This document shows positions 57,601-64,000 of a stretch of 64,000 nucleotides of DNA, piece after piece (position 1 is the first letter of the stretch; each line of letters opens with the position of its first letter). The translations under genes were made by a program, and so were the position numbers. Below the pieces are notes generated by a model that searched no databases, had not been told where the DNA came from, and worked only from the letters and a program-made list of their open reading frames with translations. Source of the DNA: Pyrinomonadaceae bacterium (GTDB lineage Bacteria; Acidobacteriota; Blastocatellia; Pyrinomonadales; Pyrinomonadaceae); the NCBI GenBank assembly GCA_035635855.1, contig DASQAF010000040.1, positions 153,312-217,311 of the forward strand. Reading direction: 5' to 3'.

Positions 57601-58663
57601 GCGACATCCCGCGGTTTCCGGCCGCGCTGTAAAAGGCCGAATGCCGCGGATCGCGATCGTTAGCATAGATGACATGACATGCCGTGCATCCCGACGAACG
57701 ATAGTCGCCAGGGTGATCGTTGGTGCCGAGAAAGTTCAACGTGGGATCGAGTAGCCGCGTCTTCTGCAAACCGAGGTAAACCGGATCGGTGCGCTGTGCG
57801 GTGCCAAAGCCGCGCGCGCTTAGTCCCTTGTCAGGTTTGCCCGGATCTTCATCTCTGTCCGGCAGACCTGTTTCCAAACGTCGCTTGCCTCCGCGTTCGA
57901 ACACACGCAGAATATTTCCTGGCTGTGATATTTCCCAACGCGGAATTGGATCGAGGAACGGGAGGATTCCCTTTAGACGTTTTTGCTCGGCGGTAGGCTG
58001 CGGAACTTGAATCAGACGTTGCGGCGCACCCGTTTCACGGTAACTCTCGCCAAAGTTTGCGTCCTTGATCGGAAAGCCTCCGTTGTTATAAAGCGCCGCG
58101 CCCCAAAGCATCGCGCCGTGCGTCATCATGCTCTTACCCACGGCATTAGTCTGCGTGTTGTGACAATCCGAACTGCCGCACGTTTTGGCCGCCACGCGCA
58201 AATCGCCCGGATTGAGAAAGCGCACGAAGTCCAGACTCTCTTTCTCGAGTAGTGGACCTGACCGTTCAGGAATTCGGAATTTCCCGTCACGATTCCATTC
58301 GCGCGGAAAACGCGGCCGCACGTGTGCCATTTCTTTTTCGGTCGCGACCGGATTGCCGCCGTGACAGGCAGTGCAGGTCAAGCCCAAAGCGTCCTTGCCA
58401 TTGTCGAGCCTATCCAATGTGGCTGTCGGCCCGAACTTGTGCATGGGCTCGATCTGGTTATGACAGTTGAGACAGCCTTCGAGAGTTTCAGCGGGCGGAA
58501 CGCGCGGAGGGATGTCTGAGTTCGGAACATTCTCAGCACGAGCGCGAATAATAATTCCGACCACCAAGACACAAAGACACAAACAGAAAGCCGGCAGACA
58601 ATTACGCGCTCCCGTTTTTTCGATCTTCGTGTCTTTGTGTCTTTGTGGTTTCACTCTTCTCAA
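54644..58663 (-). CDS. Multihaem c-type cytochrome (9 CXXCH + 1 CX4CH) fused to an LVIVD-repeat beta-propeller, with C-terminal sorting-signal-like TM tail
   Basis: CLNCH, CTACH, CGSSDCH, CTACH, CMICH, CVDCH, CIDCH, CFACH, CFGCH, CSDCH. LVIVD-like repeats include [62 protein letters not shown] and [15 protein letters not shown]. The tail is [30 protein letters not shown]. The TTG start overlaps the upstream stop. Confidence 0.85.
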   Translation of the reverse strand: MRRVKPQRHKDTKIEKTGARNCLPAFCLCLCVLVVGIIIRARAENVPNSDIPPRVPPAETLEGCLNCHNQIEPMHKFGPTATLDRLDNGKDALGLTCTACHGGNPVATEKEMAHVRPRFPREWNRDGKFRIPERSGPLLEKESLDFVRFLNPGDLRVAAKTCGSSDCHNTQTNAVGKSMMTHGAMLWGAALYNNGGFPIKDANFGESYRETGAPQRLIQVPQPTAEQKRLKGILPFLDPIPRWEISQPGNILRVFERGGKRRLETGLPDRDEDPGKPDKGLSARGFGTAQRTDPVYLGLQKTRLLDPTLNFLGTNDHPGDYRSSGCTACHVIYANDRDPRHSAFYSAAGNRGMSQSGDTSVPKNESGHPIKHQLTSRIPTSQCMICHMHPGENMVASYQGLIWWDNETDGDKMYPATQHSPSQEEEQRKLNRNPEAASLRGLWSEPEFLDQTGTAEFNSRLKRTQFADSHGHGWIFRQVFKRDREGNLLDAKNAIVSPEDPDRFKKAVHLNDIHLEKGMHCVDCHFRQDAHGNGILYNEPRAAIEIGCIDCHGTIRERATLVTSGFAAGFGIKDAKFEQGKGRNLATTRFRDPDGGRVFLFQRIRSDTKRKDEYGNEIALKAGDIIQNSMVVPGRWWRVKQTIDTINPGASHPEDYSLKSRYAKTMRTDNATWGDVPADDKQLAHRDANMTCFACHSSWMTSCFGCHLSMQANRKMPNRHNEGGDTRNFTTYNYQVLRDDVFMLGRDGTVTGNRIAPVRSSSAVLVSSQTQNREWIYSQQQTVSAEGFSGQTFNTHVPHTVRATETKTCSDCHVSRNNDNNAWMAQLLLQGTNFVNFMGRYVYVASDEALEAVVVTEHTEPQAVFGSTLQKVAYPDDYQKFVKAGRELRTAYEHTGNPRVLQVQLRGEYAYVAAGEGGLRVYDVAQIDQKGFSERITTAPVSPFGQKFYLKTKYATAVAAPSTLAVDPARWRMTTDGQMIDPDRARQLPPEKLVNEEQAIHPLYAYLYVVDKFEGLIVVNAATLLDGDPLNNYLKRQLDRTKYANGAFNPDGALTGANNIAIAGTQACITTDSELVIVSIDNPLDPKIVSRIGAPALKHPRAIAIQFRYGFVVDDDGLKVIDLTEPGRARLMEGAFVRLTDARDVYVARTYAYVADGREGVAIIDVKQPETPRLDQIYNAEGKLNDTRQVKIAMTNASLFGYVADGRNGLRILQLTSPETMPTYAGFSPRPEPQLIATFKTKGEALAVSKALDRDRAVDESGNQIAVFGRRGARTFTFEEMQRMLRTGSGQGEFFRVTDEPATEPHNFIGGRVSSAQALVSLLLGILVGIVGYSRLRRR
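58566..58643. repeat. 15-bp perfect inverted repeat inside the 5' end of the cytochrome gene
   Basis: aagacacaaagacac (58566-58580) and gtgtctttgtgtctt (58629-58643) are separated by 48 nt. They encode ...QRHKDTK... and ...CLCLCVLV... of the signal sequence. Confidence 0.8.
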
Positions 58664-60837
58664 AAAACAAACTTCACCTGCGCGAACAATGAAAACAGCG
58701 GCTTGCTGGGATTGATGACTGTATTGTCAGCCGTGCAAAAGTCACTCAGATTCGGAGGACAATTACTGGCAGCGTTCGTAAAAATGTCGCGAAAGCCGCG
58801 CCCCGGCTTCAACGTCGCAGCTCCGAAGGTCATCGTCACATTGTTGATGAGAAACGGCCGGTACGCTACGCCCAGGCTGTAGTCCCAACCGATTTCATGC
58901 CGAATGTGCGGCTGAAACAAAATGTATTCCAATGACTCGGTCCGGTGAAAGCGGAGATAGTTCGCGTTGAAGATGGCTTTCAACCTCTGCGTGACTTCCA
59001 CATCGACGCCGGCGTTGTAAATAAGGATACCGGGATTTACAAAATTGGCCTGGCCTTCGATCTTACTACTGCGCAGTGAAGGTAGAATGCTGTTCGGTTG
59101 CACCAGGCCGACGCCGGTTTGCGTCAGGCGTATGCCGTTACGATTCCAAAACGAGAACTGACCGCCCACGAAATTCGGATCGTCAAAGATCGCATCAAAG
59201 CCGCTCGCCTTTCCATCGGTCGGATTCTTATCGCCCTGGGCCCAGAAGAACGAGCCGCGGAATCGAAAATAATCCTTATCAATCGAGCCCTCAACTGCGG
59301 CCATGTGCGAGCTGACGTGCACCGGCCGGCCGGCAATCGGATTATGGTCGTCGCGTCCGAACACGTAGTAGTACGAGTTCGTCAGGTTCAGACGGCCAAT
59401 GTGCCCGTCACCGTTGACGCCGACGTAGCCAACCTTGATTGCGTGTGGCCGAACGTCGCCAATCAAAGCCGGCCGCACCAGAAAACCATTGCGATCAAAC
59501 TTACGACTGCGCCGATCGTCGTTGTAGAGCGCAGTGGCCTGGATTGTATAACCCTTGCGGATAAAATCCTGCCGAAAGACATTCGCGATGTACACATTCT
59601 GATGACGGAGATCGAAACGATTCAGACCGCTGTTGGTGTCTTTCTCAAGCTGAGCAAAGTAAACGAAGTTGTACTGGTAACGATTATTATCAAAACTCCC
59701 GAAAACCCGCGCGCCCAAATTGTTATCCGAGTAAATGAAGCCCCGAAAATCCGAGACGAACGGCTGAATGCCGATGCGCGCCGAAATGAAATCAAAGTTT
59801 TGGTTAACGTCTTCGAACTTTACTTCCGCAAAAGCTTCTTCCAGCGAAAACTGCGTGTCAGTCCGGTTTGTGCCCCGCCGCACGTCGATATTCACCACGC
59901 CGTTTTCGCGCGCGTTCAGATAGTTCGGCAGACTGAACGTCGGCGAAATTTTGATCGCCCAGTCACGTGGCTTGTACGTCGAATCTCCATGAAACATCTC
60001 GAAGGTGAATTGGAAAATCTGATTCAGGGAGAGCGCTTCCGGCTTACCAAAAAATTCGGCGCTGCCAGGTCGAGCGCTGCTGACACCCGATGGCTTCGGT
60101 GTGCGGCTCAAGTCAACTGAGGTGGAACTCACCGCCGAAAGAATCATAAACACTTTGTTGCCGATGATTGGATAGTCGCCTTTCAGCCAGTTCTGATGGT
60201 AAGGGTCGTACCAACGGCCTTTCTTAAAGGGAATGTCGCGACCGCGCGCGCCTTTGTCGCCATAACGATCGTATTCAGGGAAACCGATCCGCCAGCGATC
60301 GCGCACGGCCCGTCGATCAGTTTGAGTCTGCGGTTCTGAGTCGACGCTTGTCTGCCCGGCAGCACCGGGCGGTTTGCGTTCGGGGACTGTGACGATTTGC
60401 TGTTCTGTTCGCTTCTCGACCGTGAAGTCGACTTTGGTCTGCTTATCTGCACTGACGATCACGTTCTCGAGCGTATCGCCACGGACCAGCGCATGCTCGC
60501 CATAAGTTTTCTCGGCGGCAAACTTTGCCGTGAAGGGAGGTTCGACAGTTATGCGGTACGCACCGACGGGGAGTTTTAGCTCATAGTGTCCGGCGGCATC
60601 CATGCGGGCCCTGGTAATCCTGCTGGTCACTTGATTCGTCGCCACCACAATGACGTCCGTTGAGGCAGGTTCGATGGTGCCGGTAATGGTTCCGCGTTTT
60701 TCTCCGAGGGCAGATTCCGCTGAGGCCAGAATCAAAGCGGCTGAAACCAAGGCCAGCACACAGGGTCTACGTAATTTAACTTGTGACGGAAACAAGGTGA
60801 GCGACTTGTAGCACACGCAGCGTCGACCATCAATCAA
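58660..60837 (-). CDS. Outer-membrane beta-barrel protein with N-terminal carboxypeptidase-regulatory-like domain
   Basis: The maximal ORF runs to 61047. A plausible start is TTG 60837 (SD AGGA 8 nt upstream) or TTG 60795, either giving the signal peptide ...[29 protein letters not shown]...[18 protein letters not shown], about 550 aa of barrel-like sequence, ending in FAQVKFVF. Confidence 0.7.
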   Translation of the reverse strand: MIDGRRCVCYKSLTLFPSQVKLRRPCVLALVSAALILASAESALGEKRGTITGTIEPASTDVIVVATNQVTSRITRARMDAAGHYELKLPVGAYRITVEPPFTAKFAAEKTYGEHALVRGDTLENVIVSADKQTKVDFTVEKRTEQQIVTVPERKPPGAAGQTSVDSEPQTQTDRRAVRDRWRIGFPEYDRYGDKGARGRDIPFKKGRWYDPYHQNWLKGDYPIIGNKVFMILSAVSSTSVDLSRTPKPSGVSSARPGSAEFFGKPEALSLNQIFQFTFEMFHGDSTYKPRDWAIKISPTFSLPNYLNARENGVVNIDVRRGTNRTDTQFSLEEAFAEVKFEDVNQNFDFISARIGIQPFVSDFRGFIYSDNNLGARVFGSFDNNRYQYNFVYFAQLEKDTNSGLNRFDLRHQNVYIANVFRQDFIRKGYTIQATALYNDDRRSRKFDRNGFLVRPALIGDVRPHAIKVGYVGVNGDGHIGRLNLTNSYYYVFGRDDHNPIAGRPVHVSSHMAAVEGSIDKDYFRFRGSFFWAQGDKNPTDGKASGFDAIFDDPNFVGGQFSFWNRNGIRLTQTGVGLVQPNSILPSLRSSKIEGQANFVNPGILIYNAGVDVEVTQRLKAIFNANYLRFHRTESLEYILFQPHIRHEIGWDYSLGVAYRPFLINNVTMTFGAATLKPGRGFRDIFTNAASNCPPNLSDFCTADNTVINPSKPLFSLFAQVKFVF

Positions 60838-60954
60838 AATCTCGTTCCTTAGATCAACTTGAGAAAAACGTTTTCGCCTGCCAGCGATTAGTGATAGATT
60901 GCCAAATACTCCCGAAAGATTTCGGCACGCAACTTCGCGGTATTGGCACGCTCG

Positions 60955-63117
60955 ATGACAGCCAGCTTCTCTGACCAACGCGCACGCTTTCTGCTGCTGA
61001 TGTCTGTCTGCGTACTCTTGCTCCTGGGAACCCCGCTCTCTTTTCAAAACTCGCGCGCGCAGACCACCAAACTCACCCTGGTCAGCGAGGAAACCTCGAC
61101 TCGCGGGATCGTGGTTGAATCAATTACTCAAAAACATGAACCGTTCGCCCTGACTTCGCCGATCACTTGGGGTTCGGACAATCGCACTCGGATCATGCTG
61201 TTTGCGATGGGCCTGAGTCTGGAATCGAATGAAACGCCGGCGGCGGTCACGGCGAGCGCGGAGGACGGCGCGCATCGGACTTATTCGCTGACCGTAGAAT
61301 GCGTGGCACCGGTGCCCAACCAGGAGTGGATGACTTCGATCGTCGTCCGATTGAATGAGGAGATGGCCGATGTCGGCGACGTGCTGGTGCAAATCACATA
61401 TCACGGCACCGGGAGTAATCGCGTGCGCGTCGGAGTCGGTCACGTTGGAGATGGACCGCCAGACGACAATGGCGCAGTTCCGACGCCGGGAACAATTGCT
61501 CCGCCGGTGCAGCTTTCAGCGACCGCGGGCACATTAACAACGTCGGAGGTCCAAACGATCATCGCCCAGGCCGTCTCCGTAGCGGCGCAGTTGGGCCGTC
61601 CGGTCACCGTAGCGGTAACTGATCGCGAGGGAAACGTCCTCGGCGTCTTCACGATGACCGGCGCGCCGGCCACAACCCAACTTCGCGGCGGCGGCCCGGG
61701 TCCAGGGCAGACTCCGGACCCGCTCAGCGGTTTTGTTCCCGTCGGTCTGGACGGGACGCGTGTGCCGGCAAAGCTGGCGGCGATCTCAAAGGCGGGCACG
61801 GCGTCTTTGTTCAGCACGCGCGGGAACGCGTTCACCAGCCGGACCGCCGGGTTCATTATTCAGGAACATTTTCCGCCCAACGTGGATTTCAAACCTGGCG
61901 GCCCACTCTATGGCGTGCAGTTTTCTTCTTTGCCATGTTCGGACATCAAGATTCCGGGCTTGCCGCTGGGCTTGAGCGGCGATCCCGGGAGTGTGCCGAT
62001 TTACAAAAACGGCGAAGCAGTCGGTGGCGTCGGCATCGAAGGAGACGGCGTCTACACGGTCGATCGCGATCCGGCGGATTTCGATCAGCCGTTCGAAGAG
62101 GTGATCGCAGTTTCAGCCGCCCGCGGGTTCGAAGCGCCTTCTGTAATCCGCGGCGACAACATTTTGGTTGATGGAATCCGGCTCGCCTATCTCAACGTCG
62201 CGAACGCGCCCGCTCCGACCACGACTCCTTTTGGCAGTTTGCCCGGTGCGGTCGATCCCATGTTTCCAATCCGTGGCGCGCAATCCTCCCAATTCACGCC
62301 AACGGTCGTGGGCGGCATAGCCGGCGAAGTCGACACACGTTTCTTTCCCTTCATTGCCAGCCCGACGGTCACGGCAAATTCACTGACAGCTTCCGATGTC
62401 GGCACGATCATCGCGCACGGAGCGCAACAAGCGAACATTACACGGGCGGCGATTCGGCAACCACTGGGCAGCAACGCGCGCGTGACGATCGCCGTAGTGG
62501 ATACGAACGGTGTCGTGCTCGGTGTGTTTCGTCAAACCGATGCGCCAGTGTTCGGATTTGACGTGGCTGTGCAGAAGGCGCGGACGGTGGCTTTCTATTC
62601 AGCAACCGGTGCGGCGGCCTCGCTGCGGACTGTGGGTTTCGGCTCTTACGTCGATCGCGCTGCGGCTGATGGTTTGAAGTTGGATGGGTCCGTGGCTTTC
62701 ACGGATCGTGCGGTTGGTTTTCTGCATCGCCCGTTCTTCCCCGACGGCATCAATAACGCCGCGGCCGGCCCGTTCAGCCGTCAACCAGGCGAATGGAGTG
62801 TCTTCAACGTCGGCCTGCAACTTGATCTAATCAAGACGAACCTGCAAACGATACTGAGCGGCGGCGCGGCGCCATGTACTTCGATTCCCAGCTTGCCAAA
62901 CGGTATTCAGATATTTCCCGGCAGCGCGCCTTTGTATAAAAACGGCGTGCTGGTCGGCGCGATTGGCATCAGCGGCGACGGCGTGGATCAGGATGATCTC
63001 ATCGCCGGCGCGGGCAGCAACGGATACGCTCCGCCAGTCGCTATTCGTTCGGATCAGGTTTTTGTGCGCGGGGTGCGCCTGCCTTACCTGAAGTTTCCGC
63101 GCAGCCCGAATCTTTGA
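60955..63117 (+). CDS. Secreted protein with an N-terminal Ig-like module and two GlcG/HbpS-like (DUF336) domains
   Basis: Signal peptide FLLLMSVCVLLLLGTPLSF. Repeats: LTTSEVQTIIAQAVSVAAQLGRPVTVAVTDREGNVLGVF...PIYKNGEAVGGVGIEGDG and LTASDVGTIIAHGAQQA...VTIAVVDTNGVVLGVF...PLYKNGVLVGAIGISGDGVDQDD. The start is ATG 60955 or TTG 60943. Confidence 0.7.
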   Translation: MTASFSDQRARFLLLMSVCVLLLLGTPLSFQNSRAQTTKLTLVSEETSTRGIVVESITQKHEPFALTSPITWGSDNRTRIMLFAMGLSLESNETPAAVTASAEDGAHRTYSLTVECVAPVPNQEWMTSIVVRLNEEMADVGDVLVQITYHGTGSNRVRVGVGHVGDGPPDDNGAVPTPGTIAPPVQLSATAGTLTTSEVQTIIAQAVSVAAQLGRPVTVAVTDREGNVLGVFTMTGAPATTQLRGGGPGPGQTPDPLSGFVPVGLDGTRVPAKLAAISKAGTASLFSTRGNAFTSRTAGFIIQEHFPPNVDFKPGGPLYGVQFSSLPCSDIKIPGLPLGLSGDPGSVPIYKNGEAVGGVGIEGDGVYTVDRDPADFDQPFEEVIAVSAARGFEAPSVIRGDNILVDGIRLAYLNVANAPAPTTTPFGSLPGAVDPMFPIRGAQSSQFTPTVVGGIAGEVDTRFFPFIASPTVTANSLTASDVGTIIAHGAQQANITRAAIRQPLGSNARVTIAVVDTNGVVLGVFRQTDAPVFGFDVAVQKARTVAFYSATGAAASLRTVGFGSYVDRAAADGLKLDGSVAFTDRAVGFLHRPFFPDGINNAAAGPFSRQPGEWSVFNVGLQLDLIKTNLQTILSGGAAPCTSIPSLPNGIQIFPGSAPLYKNGVLVGAIGISGDGVDQDDLIAGAGSNGYAPPVAIRSDQVFVRGVRLPYLKFPRSPNL

Positions 63118-63272
63118 TCAAGGAAAAAGTAAAAAGGCAAAAGGCAAAAAATGAAGAAGGATCTCTTCAGTTCAAGTGTTGTCCCTCCTCACAAAGCCAG
63201 CCTCAAACCCATGCTCGCGGGCGCGATCGTTCTTTTTTCCTTTTTACCTTTTACTTTTACCTTTTTCCTTGA
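63118..63272. repeat. A/T-rich palindromic element spanning the intergenic spacer, RBS, start codon and first ~40 codons of the next gene
   Basis: 12-bp perfect termini tcaaggaaaaag (63118-63129) / ctttttccttga (63261-63272). The arms extend imperfectly: (aaaaggc/aaaaggt)n versus (accttt/tacttt)n. Confidence 0.65.
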
Positions 63273-64000
63273 GACCGCTCACACCCAGACCCCACAGGCA
63301 ACCCGCGGTGTCATTCGTCTAAAAGTAAAATACAAATCGGGTGAGGCCACGAAAGAGCTGCCGCGCAAACGCTTCTTTCTGATTAAGGGCAGTCTGGAAG
63401 AAAATAAAGGCCTGATTGAAAAGATCAAACAGCCCGCGACGCTATCGCGCGAGTGTTATTACCGTAACAAGAGAGCGAGCGCGGCTTTGATCAAATGGCT
63501 GAATGAAAATGATTGCGAGTCCGTCTATTGCCGCGAGATAGAAGAGAAATATCTGGGTGGTAATGAAGCAGTGCCGGAGTTTAAGGCGGCCTACGACGTA
63601 GCGTTGCGAGAGTTCAAGAACCCGGAGCTGGCCCGACGCTGGCTGACGGTAAACTTACCGGCTGAGTTTCGTGACGGCTTTTACAAACAGAAGCAGGAAC
63701 TCATTAACGCCCTGCTGAAGCAGGCGGAAGAAACCACCAGGACAAAGGTGATGTCGGTAATGACCGATCGGAAAGGCACTGCATACCTTACCGAAATCGA
63801 GCCCGGTCTCTATACAATCTCGAATCTGGTCGCCAGCGAAACCGAAAAGACGAGTATTCTATGGGCGTGTGAGAAAGAAGTGAAGGCGGTTGATCTGGCG
63901 ATTGCGATGCGCCGACCTTTCACTCTGTCGAACGAAAAGGATCCAAAGGTCAAATGCGAGATTGTTGAGCGGCCTCTGCCGGTTTGTGAGCAGACTGCGA
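63151..64000 (+). CDS. Secreted/membrane-anchored protein of unknown function (5' part; continues past the window end)
   Basis: Absent from the ORF track (no stop). My own translation: MKKDLFSSSVVPPHKASLKPMLAGAIVLFSFLPFTFTFFLETAHTQTPQATRGVIRLKVKYKSGEATKELPRKRFFLIKG... is open to position 64000. Alternative start ATG 63211. Confidence 0.6.
   Translation, partial: MKKDLFSSSVVPPHKASLKPMLAGAIVLFSFLPFTFTFFLETAHTQTPQATRGVIRLKVKYKSGEATKELPRKRFFLIKGSLEENKGLIEKIKQPATLSRECYYRNKRASAALIKWLNENDCESVYCREIEEKYLGGNEAVPEFKAAYDVALREFKNPELARRWLTVNLPAEFRDGFYKQKQELINALLKQAEETTRTKVMSVMTDRKGTAYLTEIEPGLYTISNLVASETEKTSILWACEKEVKAVDLAIAMRRPFTLSNEKDPKVKCEIVERPLPVCEQTA

Noticed and set aside
55886-60120. Long plus-strand ORFs (55886-56779, 57008-57754, 59098-60120) inside the cytochrome and OMP genes
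   Set aside because: All are antisense shadows of minus-strand genes that carry unambiguous CXXCH/LVIVD or barrel features. None has a motif, signal sequence or plausible RBS.
60923-60938. cGGCACgcaacTTCGC upstream of the DUF336 gene
   Set aside because: The -24 box is good, but GG-to-GC spacing is 11 rather than 10 and the -12 box is TTCGC. It is also too close (about 17 nt) to ATG 60955.
60838-61047. ATG 61047 as the start of the OMP gene (795-aa version)
   Set aside because: It would add ~70-85 non-signal residues before the obvious signal peptide. It would also overlap the divergent DUF336 gene start by about 100 nt. TTG 60837 with an AGGA SD (or TTG 60795) is more plausible.
1-64000. 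Search for CRISPR arrays, rRNA, transposases, integrases, toxin-antitoxin pairs and known defence systems
   Set aside because: I found no regularly spaced direct repeats, no rRNA-like sequence, and no ORF with transposase, integrase, nuclease-helicase or TA-type motifs. This was a by-eye survey only.

Overview
This 64-kb chromosomal segment carries about 55 protein genes and one tRNA-Met(CAT). It probably comes from an Acidobacteriota-type bacterium. That is an inference from a VWFA-related acidobacterial-type domain protein, many carboxypeptidase-regulatory-like/TonB-type outer-membrane proteins, and BON/CsbD stress genes. I saw no rRNA, CRISPR array, transposase or integrase. Housekeeping blocks are dnaK plus a J-protein (1-2.5 kb) and rnc-lepB-yihY (40-43 kb). 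The window is rich in signalling genes: three sensor kinases (PAS, CHASE2, HAMP types), a FixJ/LuxR regulator, a stand-alone receiver and three sigma54 enhancer-binding proteins. Scanning only the intergenic regions by eye, I found six correctly oriented GG-N10-GC sigma54-type promoters; four match GGCA[CT]-N5-TTGC. Main candidates for something new: (1) A sigma54-driven ten-gene operon (27.0-36.8 kb) with a radical SAM enzyme, ABC-2 exporter, two MGDG-synthase-like GT28 transferases, NodB deacetylase, HAD phosphatase, class-III aminotransferase and PaaK/F390-type ligase; I read it as a pathway for an exported, N-modified glycolipid. (2) A translationally coupled outer-membrane barrel plus a 1339-aa ten-haem cytochrome fused to an LVIVD beta-propeller with a C-terminal sorting-type tail (54.6-60.8 kb), next to a secreted tandem DUF336/HbpS-like protein and an orphan LysW-like carrier homologue. 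(3) A CHASE2 kinase / NtrC / FecR-domain protein / twin OMP module (14.3-26.9 kb). (4) Sigma54 promoters in front of general-stress-type genes (BON, CsbD, lmo0937-like). Several families of short palindromic repeats are also present. All functional calls rest on motif recognition in the supplied translations; no database search was possible.
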